Shown here: one piece after another, positions 62,666-64,000 of the stretch
Layout: each line of letters opens with the position of its first letter
How positions within the stretch are numbered: the stretch's first letter is position 1
From: Lachnospiraceae bacterium
Lineage (GTDB): Bacteria; Bacillota; Clostridia; Lachnospirales; Lachnospiraceae
Assembly (NCBI GenBank): GCA_045598045.1
Contig: JAZLLG010000033.1
Coordinates: forward strand, 4,456 to 68,455
DNA length: 64,000 nt
Direction of reading: 5' to 3'
The notes under the pieces: generated by a model
The model's input: the letters and a program-made list of their open reading frames with translations, nothing else
Database searches by the model: none
Told to the model about the DNA's origin: nothing
Position numbers and translations under genes: made by a program

Positions 62666-64000
62666 TTAGTTTCTGTAGTAGTTGATAAGACAACCCTTGG
62701 CGATAATTTCTCTCTCGTCATCGGTGAGTTCACCTATCTTAAGGGTAAATTCTTTATCTTTGTTTACGATATATGCCTTAACTTCGGATTTTTTATTCTT
62801 AATGGCATCGAGAATATCTCTTACAAGAACATAGTCTCCGACTTCGAAAGGACATTCCTCATCAAAGATAAAAGGTACCATACCCCAGTTAATAAGATTG
62901 CTGCGGTAACGTTTTGTAGCATATTCTTTTGCTACATTGGCAAGGCCGCCAAGTACCTTCTGACAGGAAGCTGCCTGCTCTCTCGCACTGCCGTCACCGG
63001 GCTTTACAGCATAGATTACACTGCCGATTTCAACATCAAGCGGATTAAGTGAGAATTTATCTGCTACCTTTGTAAGCATAGGCTTAATTTCAGGTAAAAC
63101 ATTGTAAATGTCATTAACAGAAGAAGCTTCCCATCTTGCTTTCTCAGCTTTCTGAATCTCTTTAGCTCGTCCAACGTACTGAGGATCCTTACGTGAAAGA
63201 GTAAACTCAGCGAGTCCCAAAGGATTGGAACGGAAGGAAGAAGTCTCGCCCGAAGGAATAAGCTCATCTGTAGTGGTTACAGGATCGTGTATTACGGATG
63301 CGACACGAAGAAGCATATTCTCTTTAAGTGCACACATCTTCGGCCAGTCAACGATACCGGGACCAAACTTAACCTCTGCGGAAGGATCTGCCTTGCCTAT
63401 GCCGTTATATACACGCTTTTCGTATATGGTTGAATCAAAGAAATACTGAGGTCTTGTAAATGTGCCTTCAAACTCGGCAGCACTTGTAAGGAAGCCTTTG
63501 TTTGCAGCCGTAGCGGCAATTGAACGTGCATCCATAAGAGCAACGGATGCAATCTGGCCGTTTGTAATCTTTGAGCCTTCGCGGTTAGGGAAGTTACGTG
63601 TTGAATGACGTACGGAAAGTCCCTTGTTTGCAGGAACATCTCCGGCGCCAAAGCAAGGTCCGCAGAAAGCAGTTCTTATTGTGGCACCTGTCTCCATGAG
63701 CTTGGCTATTGTTCCGTTCTTAACAAGCTCCATCATAATGGGCTGTGATGCGGGATATACGCTAAGTGAGAATTCATCGTTACCGATGCACTTGCCGTTC
63801 AAAATGTCTGCTGCAGCACAAATGTTTTCGAAACCGCCGCCTGCACATCCGGCAATAACGCCCTGTTCAACATAAAGTTTACCGTCACGTACTTTATCCT
63901 TAAGTGTATACTTGACTTTATTGTTATCAAGAGAAACAAGAGCATTCTTTTCAACTTCGTCAAGAATGTCCATGAGGTTTGCATTTACATCATCAATCGT
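62666..64000 (-). CDS. aconitase-family hydratase (putative aconitate hydratase), 5' end outside window
   Basis: The frame remains open upstream of the track ATG (63973) to the window edge (..TIDDVNANL-MDIL..). The Fe-S ligand context is AFCGPCFGAGD. The motif HSTRNFPNREG and a C-terminal swivel domain (PGDGSAREQAASCQ) are present. Confidence 0.8.
   Translation of the reverse strand, partial: TIDDVNANLMDILDEVEKNALVSLDNNKVKYTLKDKVRDGKLYVEQGVIAGCAGGGFENICAAADILNGKCIGNDEFSLSVYPASQPIMMELVKNGTIAKLMETGATIRTAFCGPCFGAGDVPANKGLSVRHSTRNFPNREGSKITNGQIASVALMDARSIAATAANKGFLTSAAEFEGTFTRPQYFFDSTIYEKRVYNGIGKADPSAEVKFGPGIVDWPKMCALKENMLLRVASVIHDPVTTTDELIPSGETSSFRSNPLGLAEFTLSRKDPQYVGRAKEIQKAEKARWEASSVNDIYNVLPEIKPMLTKVADKFSLNPLDVEIGSVIYAVKPGDGSAREQAASCQKVLGGLANVAKEYATKRYRSNLINWGMVPFIFDEECPFEVGDYVLVRDILDAIKNKKSEVKAYIVNKDKEFTLKIGELTDDEREIIAKGCLINYYRN

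Overview
This 64-kb window reads as conserved chromosomal backbone from a low-GC Firmicute, most likely a member of the Clostridia. The evidence is MinCDE together with DivIVA and SepF, RNase Y, and an L27 pro-peptide with its Prp protease. All calls rest on motif and family recognition in the supplied translations and on manual reading of the intergenic DNA. No searches were run.

Layout:
- **nt 1-22794:** all 23 CDS are on the + strand. They are the mutS 3' end, mutL, miaA, a YnbB-like PLP enzyme, radC, mreBCD, a long PBP2, minCDE, rodA, mgsA, a small P-loop protein, a HlyD-like protein, sepF, divIVA, lspA, rluD, an AAA/DUF4143-like ATPase, a BlaI-family repressor and a GGDEF-EAL protein.
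- **nt 22798-64000:** 35 of 37 CDS are on the - strand.
  - a Xer-type recombinase and a cell-wall amidase
  - rsfS, yqeK, nadD, yhbY, obg, then rpmA, prp, rplU
  - rng with an uncharacterised radical-SAM pair
  - scpA, scpB and a SWIM-SNF2 ATPase
  - proC, a Nudix hydrolase, pdp and a metallophosphoesterase
  - an aspartate aminotransferase and rny
  - a gapless ten-gene string: GGDEF, phoH, 7TM-HD, ybeY, flippase, two flavoproteins, proB, proA, miaB
  - rpsU (58 codons, absent from the ORF track), a CotH-family surface protein and the 3' part of an aconitase-family gene

I found no rRNA, tRNA, CRISPR array, transposase, reverse transcriptase, phage module or recognisable defence or toxin-antitoxin cassette. 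I cannot point to a clear-cut new system.

The leads most worth a second look:
1. A SWIM-SNF2 translocase encoded as the third gene of the scpAB operon.
2. A TIGR03960/TIGR03936-type radical-SAM pair coupled to rng upstream of L21-Prp-L27-Obg.
3. A 139-aa P-loop protein plus an orphan HlyD-like protein between the elongasome/Min block and sepF-divIVA.
4. A truncated 7TM-HD protein with HE in place of the HD dyad, sitting directly downstream of a GGDEF cyclase and phoH.
5. A PBP2 carrying an insertion of about 250 aa.
6. An apparently leaderless ttcA.
7. A sharp strand switch at a xer gene that may mark the replication terminus.
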